A stretch of 63,593 nucleotides of DNA, filler included, from Octopus bimaculoides (Eukaryota), in assembly GCF_001194135.2 (NCBI RefSeq). It is 5 parts of 4 records of this genome, joined end to end, with 100 filler letters (N's around TTAATTAATTAA, not from the genome) between each part and the next. Parts side by side here need not be neighbours in the genome. Positions count along the whole stretch, not along the records: positions 1 to 25,968 come from NC_068986.1; 4 more parts are not named here. The stretch is one strand, 5' to 3'. A program made the translations under genes and the position numbers. Each line of letters begins with the position of its first letter. Within the stretch, counting starts at the first letter, position 1. The notes beneath the pieces are model-generated. The model was not told where the DNA came from, searched no databases, and saw only the letters and a list, made by a program, of their open reading frames with translations. This document shows positions 1 through 10,154 of the stretch, piece after piece.

Positions 1-92
<92 letters not shown>
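1..92. repeat. (TA)n(GA)n compound microsatellite
   Basis: Directly visible dinucleotide runs. Confidence 0.95.
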
Positions 93-457
93 GTGAGTTT
101 GGGGGGATATATATCACGGCGGATATCGTATTAGCTCTCAACTAACTTTCCGTTAACGGCTAACCACAACGATCAGTATCTAACGTCTGTGACATTATAT
201 ATAACTACAAAATAAATTTTGTGGATGTACAAGTCTCCATACTATTTATTATCATTAATATTATTGTTGTGGAAGGATTCCGATCACACCCACCCCAAGT
301 GACTAAAAGTGGACTGACCCATTGTTATAAAATATAGAACTGCGAGCGATTGGCAGGTCAGGCTGGTAAGCATTTCGCTATAAACCGTTGATTAAAAGCG
401 TTTAAATGCTTCCCCACTGTTTCGTTAAATTATCTATCCAGCGGCAGGATTTAAAAG

Positions 458-467
458 TGGCGAAGAG
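458..467 (+). promoter_or_regulatory. Putative primer-binding site, tRNA-Ser(GCT)-like
   Basis: TGGCGAAGAG is one mismatch from TGGCGACGAG, the complement of the tRNA-Ser(GCT) 3' end; lies just upstream of gag. Confidence 0.5.
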
Positions 468-664
468 TTGTTTGAAGCTTGCGTTGGACGTTTAAAACTT
501 GTTGTTTTTGGTACGAAATCGAAGAAACAAATCGTTTTAACATGGAAGATTTATTGGCCTCGGTTGTGCAGTTACAACAGTATCATCCGCAGCAACAGTA
601 GCAACTACAGCAGCAACTACAAGAGAAGCAGCGACTACAACAGCAAGAATAATAAAACCAACAG

Positions 665-1440
665 TTGCTGGAGTTAATGTTGAAGAAATCTAAAAATACT
701 TCAGCTTCGTACTCGCCAGACAGCGTAGCAAACTCATTTGAAGAATTCAGCCATAATCCAGAAGAATGGATTATCTTCTCTGCATATTTTCGAAGATACG
801 AAGAAATCTTCAAAGTAAAAGTTGGTCTGACGAGAAGAAAGTGCGACTACTTTTAAGAAAGTTATCCTCTGCCGAACACGAAAAACATAGTAACTATATT
901 CTGCCGAAGAACCCAGGTGAGATTTGTTTCGATGAAACAATTTTTTATCGAAAATTTTTAGTGAAAGAAGTTCCTTGTTCATAAATTTGGTTAAGAAAGA
1001 TGATGATGATTTCATCACCTATGCTGGAGTGATTAACAGAGAGTGTGATATATTCAAATTGAATGAGTTGTCCCCGGTCATGTACAAGTGTGTAATTTTT
1101 GTTCAAGTGCTACTACAAGCAAAGATGCAAATATATGTTCCCGGATATTAACAAAAGCAGAACGGGACCAAAATTTAACTCTATAGCCTGTAGCTGAAGA
1201 ATGTCAGAGGATTATAAATCTACGACATGATGCAGATAAAATTGAAGAGAAAGATTGCTCTCATATTCATGCATGTCAACCGGTATCGGATAAGAGAAAA
1301 ATGTCAGGACCGAATCCATGTTATGGATGCGGTTGTCTACATTTTTAGAGTAACTGTTCGTTTAAGAATATAAAATGCTTCAAGTGTGTTCAGATAGGTC
1401 ATAAAAAATCATATTGTAAATCGAAACCTAAGAAAACGGT
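665..1440 (+). pseudogene. Gypsy gag remnant with two zinc knuckles
   Basis: FSAYFRRYEEIF...DEKKVRLLLRKLSSAEHEKHSNYILPK; CYGCGCLHF*SNC and CFKCVQIGHKKSYC at 1319-1417; frameshifts and stops. Confidence 0.85.
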
Positions 1441-1499
1441 CAACAGAAAAAAAATCACAGAAGCAGATTATCGGTGACAAGAAATACGAACAAGCCTAA

Positions 1500-2020
1500 A
1501 AGGAAATTGGTGTATGTAAAAATTAATAACACAAACGTAAAGTTACAATTGGATACGGGCAGCAATATCTCGATAATTAACACAAATACATGGGAAAAAA
1601 ATCAGAAGACCTAGATTAAAAGAAACTTCGAAAATTGCCCGTGGTGTTCCAGGAAGAAAAAAATTACATCTCAAGGGCGATTTGATGAGTGACATTACAT
1701 TTCGCAAAAAAAAAAAAATCAGAAAAAACTATATACGTTAAGAAAAAGAATAACAAAATCGGAGTGTGTGCTGATTTTTCCACTGGCTTAAACGAATGCT
1801 TCAAAACGTGCCACTATCCGCTACTTACTTCGGAAGATATTTTTGCGAAATTAAACGGTGGCAAGATACTTTCTAAATTGGATTTCTCTGATGCGTTCCT
1901 ACAAATTAGAGTAGATGATGAATGCTCTAAATACCTAACAACACACATAAAGGACAGTATAAATATTACAGGGTACCATTATGCTTAAAAGTTGCACAAG
2001 CGATTTTTCAACAGATTATG
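1500..2020 (+). pseudogene. Gypsy protease and N-terminal RT remnant
   Basis: VKLQLDTGSNISII (DTG at 1552-1560); IGVCADFSTGLN...EDIFAKLNGGKILSKLDFSDAFLQI...AIFQQIM. Confidence 0.9.
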
Positions 2021-2399
2021 GTTGGCACTCCGTCGGTTACGACGACGAGGGTTCCAGTTGATCCGATCAACGGAACAGCCAGCTTGTGAAATTAATGTGT
2101 AAGTGGCTGAGCACTCCACAGACACGTGTACCCTTAACGTAGTTCTCGAAGAGATTCAGCGTGACACAGAGTGTGACAAGGCCGGCCCTTTGAAATACAG
2201 GTACAACAGAAACAGGAAGAAAGAGTGAGAGAAGTTGTGGTGAAAGAGTAAAGCCGGGTTCACCACCATCTTCTGCCGGAGCCTCGTGGAACTTTAGGTG
2301 TTTTCGCTCAATAAACATTCAAAACGCCCGGTCTGAGAATCGAAACCGCGATACCACGACCACGAGTCTGCTGCCCTAACCACTGGGCCATTGCGCTCC
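2021..2399 (-). mobile_element. tRNA-derived SINE, family A, inside Gypsy RT
   Basis: Reverse complement of the element at 34425-34799; A-box TGGCCCAGTGG and B-box GTTTCGATTC; 3' end GTGCCAAC. Confidence 0.9.
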
Positions 2400-2400
2400 C

Positions 2401-2474
2401 ACCACGAAGTTGGACTGAACCCAAAACCATGTGGTTGATAAGCAAGCTACTTACCACACAGGCACTCCTGCGCC
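2401..2474 (-). mobile_element. SINE family B, head only
   Basis: rc GGCGCAGGAGTGCCTGTGTGGTAAGTAGCTTGCTT...GGTTCAGTCC, matching other B heads. Confidence 0.8.
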
Positions 2475-2763
2475 TTTTAAGCTTTATAAACATCTGTGCA
2501 TTTTGTAAAACAGCTGACAGGATTACACAATTGTTTGTTGAAAATGAAACAGTCTTATTGATACACCCCATCAGTGCCTTTGCCAAAAGAGATACCTTAT
2601 CTAATTGCACTGGGGGGTACAGCAGTAGGGTGTGGGATGTTCTACTGAGCCCTGACATTTGGTTACATGTTGTGCTTCACAATGCACAAAATACATCATA
2701 TATAACAGAGAAAACCACCTGCACATGAATAACAAACCACAACCTAGATTACTTCAGGGAAAC

Positions 2764-3256
2764 TTAGCGGACTGTGAATTCGTAATTCCGTATCTGGATG
2801 ATATACTCTTTGAAAGCGAATCCAGGGATCAGCAAGTAAAGCATGTAGAATATGTTTTAGAAAAAATTAGGGAGTAATTTTGAGTGAAAGAAAGTGTGAA
2901 TTTTTCATACCTAAAATAAGATATTTACGACAGATCATTGACAGAAATGGACGTCGACTCGATCCGTCGAGCGCAGACGTAATTAAAAAAAATGATGTGA
3001 AGTGGAATTCGTTGGAAAATTGTCAGAAGGCGTTTGACGGAATTAAAAAAAAGTAAACACCATCCAATAAATTAGGTCACGGTGATTGTTTATCAAGACT
3101 GATTTTTAAAAATGCTGAACTATTTGATGATACTATGATTACTGCATTGCGAAAATGAAATTAAAAATTAAAATCGGAAAACGATAAATTCATTAAAAAA
3201 AATGGAAGAAATACTGAAGGCTAAAAGAAATAAAAATTGCTTGCATCGTTCGATTA
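2764..3256 (+). pseudogene. Gypsy RT C-terminal part and RNase H remnant
   Basis: LADCEFVIPYLDDIL (YLDD at 2791); KCEFFIPKIRYLRQIID; KWNSLENCQKAFDGIK; KLGHGDCLSRL. Confidence 0.9.
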
Positions 3257-3316
3257 AATGGAACCGCCTGAAAGGCACTTTTACATTCACATCCTTGTCA
3301 CTTATTTGCTCCTATC

Positions 3317-3468
3317 AGCAGTTTCCGCCTACAAAATCCACTCAAAATTCTTTGGCTGGACCGAAGCTACAGTAAAAGACACTTGCCCAAGGTGCAACGC
3401 ATTGGGACTGAACACAGAAGCATGTGGTTGGGAAGCGAGCTTCTTACCACAGTGTCACTTCTGCGCCT
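3317..3468 (-). mobile_element. SINE family B
   Basis: tRNA-like head followed by CCTTGGGCAAGTGTCTT, shared with other B copies and resembling the start of the CORE domain. Confidence 0.85.
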
Positions 3469-4199
3469 GATCTCTCTCTCTCTCTCTCTCTCTCTNNNNN
3501 NNNNNNNNNNNNNNNNNNNNNNNNNNNNNNNNNNNNNNNNNNNNNNNNNNNNNNNNNNNNNNNNNNNNNNNNNNNNNNNNNNNNNNNNNNNNNNNNNNNN
3601 NNNNNNNNNNNNNNNNNNNNNNNNNNNNNNNNNNNNNNNNNNNNNNNNNNNNNNNNNNNNNNNNNNNNNNNNNNNNNNNNNNNNNNNNNNNNNNNNNNNN
3701 NNNNNNNNNNNNNNNNNNNNNNNNNNNNNNNNNNNNNNNNNNNNNNNNNNNNNNNNNNNNNNNNNNNNNNNNNNNNNNNNNNNNNNNNNNNNNNNNNNNN
3801 NNNNNNNNNNNNNNNNNNNNNNNNNNNNNNNNNNNNNNNNNNNNNNNNNNNNNNNNNNNNNNNNNNNNNNNNNNNNNNNNNNNNNNNNNNNNNNNNNNNN
3901 NNNNNNNNNNNNNNNNNNNNNNNNNNNNNNNNNNNNNNNNNNNNNNNNNNNNNNNNNNNNNNNNNNNNNNNNNNNNNNNNNNNNNNNNNNNNNNNNNNNN
4001 NNNNNNNNNNNNNNNNNNNNNNNNNNNNNNNNNNNNNNNNNNNNNNNNNNNNNNNNNNNNNNNNNNNNNNNNNNNNNNNNNNNNNNNNNNNNNNNNNNNN
4101 NNNNNNNNNNNNNNNNNNNNNNNNNNNNNNNATATATATTCTATTCAACATTTCTAAGAACATTTAGAATTAGATCCGTAAACTAAATCTATTGAAATT

Positions 4200-4545
4200 T
4201 ATCTCATTAATATTTGAAAATTTGACTATGAACTATAGGTCCTGCCATACTTGACAGTGTATTATTATTTGCATATGAGCTTTGAGAATTTATAAAGAAA
4301 CAAAAAAGTCCTCCCTTTTTAATCTATCAAATTATTACCATGTAGGATTTCATCACGAAGGAAACCATCCTGATAAAGGCGGGGCATTATGTTTCTGTGT
4401 TTGGAATACTAAATACGCCCTTTATACACTTATTGTACCCCTGAAACGGCCGTAGATTATATCCTTTACCCGAATTTACTCGAATCCGTATATATTTTAT
4501 CTACGTATTTATCTACATATTTACTCTTGAATTAAAAAGTTTTTT
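4200..4545 (+). mobile_element. Possible decayed 3' end / pLTR of a Penelope-like element
   Basis: Weak ORF-end similarity (ILDS...YEL...FIKKQK.P) followed by a hammerhead-like motif at 4364-4457. Confidence 0.35.
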
Positions 4546-5295
4546 AACTCTCATCCGACATTTCGTTTAAACATCAAATTCTTAATTGATTCGAGCAGTT
4601 CCTTTTGCAACCCCTTTATTTGTCACTCCTCAATTCAGTACCTGAACCCAACGTACATGATGCATAGTTTTCCCATATGTGGAAGAAGTGAAGAAAAAAA
4701 ACGTCGGAGGTGTTAAAATGCTTCAAATCACAAGAGTTCCAGCACTACTTAGAATAGTGGAAAACGTGCCTGGACCGATGCACAGCTTAAAATGGAGAAT
4801 ACTTTGAAGGTGATAAAAGTGCAAACATGTAAATCTAAGCGAATAAAATGATACTGCAAAATTCCCGTTTCTTTTGCTATACCCTGGTATATGTTACATT
4901 TCCTCATGATACTCATGTTTGAGAATTTACATTTCTAAAGATACGCGACGTATGACGAGTAACACTTGTAATGATAATAATGTCTTATAGAGGATTGCTT
5001 ACTAAAAAGTTGGACATTTTTTATTGCACCACTGGTGCAACTGCTGGCTCAAATTACTTGCGCAAATACGTCAAGCTGTTAATAAGCACTCCTAATTACG
5101 ATAATTTAACATTATAGGAATTGCGAAACTTGCTGACTTTAGAAGTGTTTTCGTATTTAACGGTACCTGAGGGCATGTTTACGTGTTTAACATGTTTCTG
5201 TTTGCTAGAAAGTGCAGCATGTGTGCAATGTATTAGAAGGAAAATATGTTTGCTGTGATATATACATGCATACATACGTACATACATATATACAT

Positions 5296-5340
<45 letters not shown>

Positions 5341-5724
5341 NNNNNNNNNNNNNNNNNNNNNNNNNNNNNNNNNNNNNNNNNNNNNNNNNNNNNNNNNNNN
5401 NNNNNNNNNNNNNNNNNNNNNNNNNNNNNNNNNNNNNNNNNNNNNNNNNNNNNNNNNNNNNNNNNNNNNNNNNNNNNNNNNNNNNNNNNNNNNNNNNNNN
5501 NNNNNNNNNNNNNNNNNNNNNNNNNNNNNNNNNNNNNNNNNNNNNNNNNNNNNNNNNNNNNNNNNNNNNNNNNNNNNNNNNNNNNNNNNNNNNNNNNNNN
5601 NNNNNNNNNNNNNATATATAGTAGCGGATCTTTACGGCAATAGAACCCACATTTACATTCATTTTGCTCACTTGGGAATATGCTGTTTTCTATTAAAAGA
5701 ACTATAGGTATATTTAGTCAAGAC

Positions 5725-7400
5725 AGATGTTCGCGTTTTATACATTGTTGTTAAGCAGGTTATTGGTCTATCATTTTTTGGGTTCATTTGTTTCTTCATT
5801 TTTGGGAAGTAAGAATGTTACACTATTACCTAGCCAAGAGGGAATCGTACTAGGCTGTTGAAAACCATTGCTGTAAAGTTTTGTCATCAATTCATGGCTC
5901 TCTGGGAAGGCATTCAGGCAGAAGTTAGGAATTATATCCTTTCCTGGAGACTTCTATTTGCTTGATTTCTCGAGAGCAGATCTTATATACTAAACCTTGA
6001 TACCCCTCCTACTTATGCTCTTCTAAGGAGTCTCAGTCAGTAGATACTCTATCAATCCAAGGGAACCTTTTATTGTGTGTTTTTTCTTCTGCCCAAATTT
6101 TATTCCAAAATTTCTGCACTTCTTTTGATGGGACAGACTTTACTGTAACTGGTATTTTCCCTATCTTCCTGTAAAATATTTTTTGGTTATTATTGGACAT
6201 GTTGTTGTCCTTGAAGAATCTAACGCGTTTTTCATACCTTGCTATCCGGGAAGCTTTACCACATACTTTTTGCTTGATGGTTTCTATGGTGCTATCGATG
6301 TCAAGTATGGATTTCATATCATATACTTTTTTTTAATTTTCGAATTCTTGTTGGTTTGATATTGACAAACTCAAGGTATTTTAAACATTTTATGCCAGAC
6401 CTAAGTGGCTGAATTTGGTGTTGAACACGTTCTTTCCAAGTAAGCTTTTTGTGGGAATGTTGCCGTTTTCTAATCTTTTCCCCACATAGAATCGTTAAGA
6501 TTTTCGCGAATGCATAGTACAGGTGGTTGTGATCTGTAATATCAACATCATTAGCTGAAATTATATACTTAAATGCAAGGCGGATTTTACATATTACTTT
6601 CAGGTTTTGGTTAGGGTTGCGAATTTTTGGGAGAGCGTCACGTTCATTCAGACTGGTTTCTTCAATGTTCAGCCCTTTAATCATGATCTGATTGTTTAGA
6701 TAATTTAGTTCAGTTGGGTCAATTTCTGTGTGACATTCTTCCTCTATTTGATTTCCTGTGTCTTGGTATTTATGGTTAATTCAGATAATTTTTCACTTTG
6801 TTTACCAGTTACATTAACTCTTTCTATCATTACTGCATTTTCCTCAGACCTGGGTTGGTCTATAATTATTTCCTCTATAGTATCTTCCTTCGCTGCAACT
6901 TCGTTCCTCTTATCCGTTGCTGATTGTTTAATTTGGTCAGTCTCTAAATCAGTTAGTAATTTCTTTTTCATCGTGTTTCTTCTGACGTTGGCAAGTTTGT
7001 TACTCTCTATGTAGGGTCTTATTTCAGGGTGTTTCTGTCTCCACTTTAGGTAAGTTTGTTTAGTATGTCATGATAGAAGGCCTTAAAAACTTCTTTATTA
7101 TCTCTCCTAGACCATATTTCATTCTTTTTCTTTTGGTTATTTGATGACGAGCGTGGATGGCCACCAGTAGGAATATTCCGGTTGTGGGGTACTTCCAGCT
7201 CCTGTGTTTCAGGAAGATTTGAACTAGTTGCTGATTTTTTTGTATCGAGCCTGGTTCCTCACTGGGGTGCGCTACCGTTGTTTATAAGGGCAACGGCCGA
7301 TTCGGTTTGTACTTTGCTTTGTTATCATTGAGGCATGACGAGCCTGGACGTTGACATTGGGAGACGGATCTGTCAGTTTAGGGTTAATTTTTTGAGACAA
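5725..7400 (-). pseudogene. R4/Dong-clade LINE, N-terminal region to start of RT, decayed
   Basis: WSRRDNKEVFKAFYH; NQKIFYRKI...PSKEVQKFWNKIWAEEKTHN..FPW; KSPGKDIIPNF...PSWL...FLLPKNEETNEPKNDRPITCLTTMYK. Confidence 0.8.
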
Positions 7401-8012
7401 CAACGCCTCCAAGTTCTCTGAATGAAAACATTGCTCGTAACATAGCTTCTTAACAGATCTGTATTCGTCTATATTTTTTTGCTGATAGATTTACCTCCGG
7501 GCATAGTATAGTTTTTTGTGGTGTTTTTAAACTTATGAATCGTTCACTGTCTGTGTTCGAAAAATAAAAAAAATTGTTTTGTCTTGATTTTTTTGCTTCG
7601 TTTATGACACGTGCTTTCATATGCTTGTTTGTGTCCGGTAAATTTCATGTAGTTGTGTAAACATTGGGATGTATGTGTCGTCCTATGGGTATTAAAATGT
7701 ATATGTGATTGTGTAGACATTCGAGTGTATGTGTAATTAGTCAATTTGCGTACTTATTGTTTTGTTCCACTTATATTTTATAATTTATAAACTTTCCGGT
7801 GTTGATTTCGCATATATCGTTCGCACATGTTTCACTCAGACATCGTGCATAAGAGAAACTGTGCTTTGTATGGCAGTAAAATTTCGTTTTGGGGATTATT
7901 TTCGTTAAAAGGCCGCTTCGTTCAAATATTCCACAAGTTCCTTTATCTCATTCGACCGATGTTATTAGATTAGATTTGTTTTTGAATGGAGAACCCGGTG
8001 TAGTACATCAAT

Positions 8013-8087
8013 GTTCTTCTTCTTCTTCTTCTTCTTCTTCTTCTTCTTCTTCTTCTTCTTCTTCTTCTTCTTCTTCTTCTTCTTCTT

Positions 8088-8158
<71 letters not shown>

Positions 8159-8160
8159 CA
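8013..8160. repeat. (TTC)n(TTA)n microsatellite
   Basis: Directly visible. Confidence 0.95.
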
Positions 8161-8164
8161 TTAT

Positions 8165-8385
8165 CGGCGAGCTGGCAGAATCGTTATCACGCTGGACAAA
8201 ATGCTTAGCGGCATTTCGTCCGTCTTTACGTTCTGAGTTCAAATTCTGCCGAGGTCGACGTAGCCTTTGCTCCTTTCGGAGTCGATAAATTAGTGAATCT
8301 AGTGAAACACTGGGGTCGATGTAATGGATTAGTCCCCGAACTCCAAAATTTCAGGCCTTGTTCCTTTACTAGAAAGGATTATTAC
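8165..8385 (+). mobile_element. SINE family D, tail variant 2
   Basis: GGCGAGCTGGCAGAA...GAGTTCAAATTC...GAGGTCGAC...tail AAATTTCAGGCCTTG...AGAAAGGATTATT. Confidence 0.9.
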
Positions 8386-8668
8386 GTTTATTATACAAAA
8401 GTATCACATATTTAATTAGAAGTTATATCGAATTCTTGTAGTATAATAATTTCACCTTCAGCAGACCGATTATACGCACCCTAATTCCAGTATCCTTCAG
8501 ACTCTTAGGTTGTATTTTCGGTGTTATGCCGCGTGTGCTGATTGCCACTGGACCAAGTTTCACGTTTGTGTTCCATAATATCTTCATCTCTCTGGCTAGA
8601 TCCAGACATTTTCTTTATTATCAATTTTCTAAATTTCGTTAATATCCATTTTACTAATATACGATATT

Positions 8669-8904
8669 TTTTTTCTTTATTGCCCACAGGGGGCTAAACA
8701 TAGAGGGGACAATCAAGGACAGACTAAGGGATTAAGTCGATTACATCGACCCCAGTGCGTAACTAGTACTTATTTAATTGACTCCAAAAGGACGAAAGAC
8801 AAAATCGACCTCGGCGGAATTTGAACTCAGAACGTAATAGGAGACGAAATATTGCTAAGCATTTCGCCCGGCGTGCTAACTATTCTGCAGGCTCTCCGCC
8901 GCCC
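8669..8904 (-). mobile_element. SINE family D, tail variant 1, with 18-bp TSD
   Basis: TSD TTACTAATATAC(G/A)ATATT at 8651-8668 and 8905-8922. Confidence 0.92.
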
Positions 8905-8941
8905 TTACTAATATACAATATTGCAAACTCTATGGCATCAC

Positions 8942-9055
8942 AGTTCTATATTTAAGAGATGAGGAATTATGTACATTATTTACATTCTTTACATTATTTA
9001 CATTTGACGGTATTTGTCCTCATCTTGCTAACACAACGTTTCGGCTGATATACCC
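8942..9055 (-). mobile_element. SINE family C, inverted 3' tail fragment (3' half of hammerhead motif)
   Basis: rc GGGTATATCAGCCGAAACGTTGTGTT...ATGTAAATAATGT matches 9708-9799 and the 58476-58590 region. Confidence 0.85.
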
Positions 9056-9126
9056 ACGGGCATATGGCGGAGTGGTTAAGAGCGCGGGCTACAAACTCCA
9101 AGATTCCGAGTTCGATTCCAGGCAGC

Positions 9127-9165
<39 letters not shown>

Positions 9166-9166
<1 letters not shown>

Positions 9167-9623
9167 TAAACGTATCTGTCAAGACCTACCAAAAACTGAG
9201 CAAATATAAAGATCTTGAAATAGAAATTAGCAAAATGTGGAATCTGAAGACGAAAACAATACCTATTGTCATAGGTGCCCTGGGAATGACAGCGAAAGGG
9301 GCTGATTACTACCTAGCTCAGATATCAGGAAACCCCAAAATGGCTGAAGTTCAAAAGATAGTGCTCATGGGAACTGCCCATATCCTACGTAAAATACTGT
9401 CTATGTGATCTCAAATTTTAAAGCAAACACATAATTTTCTTATGGTTTCTTAAACATTCACTTGAACAAAACTGTACAAATCCAAATATATGGTACCCTA
9501 GGCATAACACCTACATGAACTTCTAACTTGTTGTCTCTTGAGGTCTCTGGGTGAGACTTGGATGCAACTTGTACAAATGCAAAGCAAAAGTCAAACATAA
9601 AATAATAATAATAATAATAATAA
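9166..9623 (+). mobile_element. 5'-truncated R4/Dong LINE: end of restriction-like endonuclease, 3' UTR and (AAT)n tail
   Basis: KLSKYKDLEIEISKMWNLKTKTIPIVIGALG...QKIVLMGTAHILRKIL* (stop at 9408); (AAT)n on both sides. Confidence 0.85.
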
Positions 9624-9687
9624 TAACAACAACAACAACATTGAAAAATACCTTAGGAATGAGAACCCAGATTCGAAATTTTCCCAA

Positions 9688-9733
9688 GGCACCTGAAGAA
9701 GGCTGGCGGGTATATCAGCCGAAACGTTGTGTG
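9688..9733 (+). ncRNA. Minimal type I hammerhead ribozyme motif
   Basis: Stem I GCAC/GTGT; core CTGAAGA plus an extra A; stem II GGCTG/CAGCC; GAAA; palindromic stem III ACGT; U at position 17 (9728). Confidence 0.7.
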
Positions 9734-9881
9734 AACAACAAACAAGATGAGGACAAATATCCATCAAATGTAAATAATGTAAATAATGTAAATAATGTCT
9801 ATGGCATTACACTGTTTGTTCTTTAAACTCCTTCATGATTGTAATTTGGTTTGCTGGCTTCAATATTATGGTCAGTCTTTA

Positions 9882-10092
9882 AGGCAATGAGCTGGCAGAA
9901 TCGGTAGCACGCCTTTCCGAATTCCTAACGGTATTTCGCCCGTCCTTACGTTCTGAGTTCAAATTCCGCCGAGGTCGTCTTTACCTTTCATCATTTGCGA
10001 AAGAAGTATCAGTTGACCACTGGTGTTGATGTAATAGACTTTCCCGCTCCCCTGAAATTGCTGGCCTTGTGCCAAAATTTAAAACCAATATT
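9882..10092 (+). mobile_element. SINE family D
   Basis: Matches family D head, core and variant-2 tail. Confidence 0.85.
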
Positions 10093-10154
10093 ATGTTCAC
10101 TATTGAGAAACGTTCACAAAATCCTATGATCATTATTCATCATTATAGCTTCTG

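Larger units (their letters stand above)
265..3256 (+). mobile_element. Decayed Ty3/Gypsy LTR retrotransposon (Mag-like), internally deleted and interrupted
   Basis: Candidate 5' LTR starting TGTTG at 265; PBS-like TGGCGAAGAG at 458-467; gag, protease, RT and RNase H motifs in Gypsy order; no integrase or 3' LTR seen. Confidence 0.85.
9056..9799 (+). mobile_element. SINE family C (tRNA head, (AAT)n, hammerhead-bearing tail), interrupted by an R4 fragment
   Basis: A-box TGGCGGAGTGG; B-box GTTCGATTCC; (AAT)n; body GAAAAATACCTTAGGAATGAGAACCCAG; colinear with the minus copy at 58476-58803. Confidence 0.85.

Noticed and set aside
3383-4186. Long ORFs spanning N runs, here and at about 5.1, 13.3, 14.6, 27.2, 37.8, 50.2, 52.0 and 62.1 kb
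   Set aside because: They are open only because of Ns and flanking dinucleotide repeats.
9058-9127. tRNA-like sequences, also the heads of families A, B and D and 58823-58899
   Set aside because: No closed acceptor stem, the anticodon differs between copies, and each continues into a SINE body. These are SINE heads, not tRNA genes.
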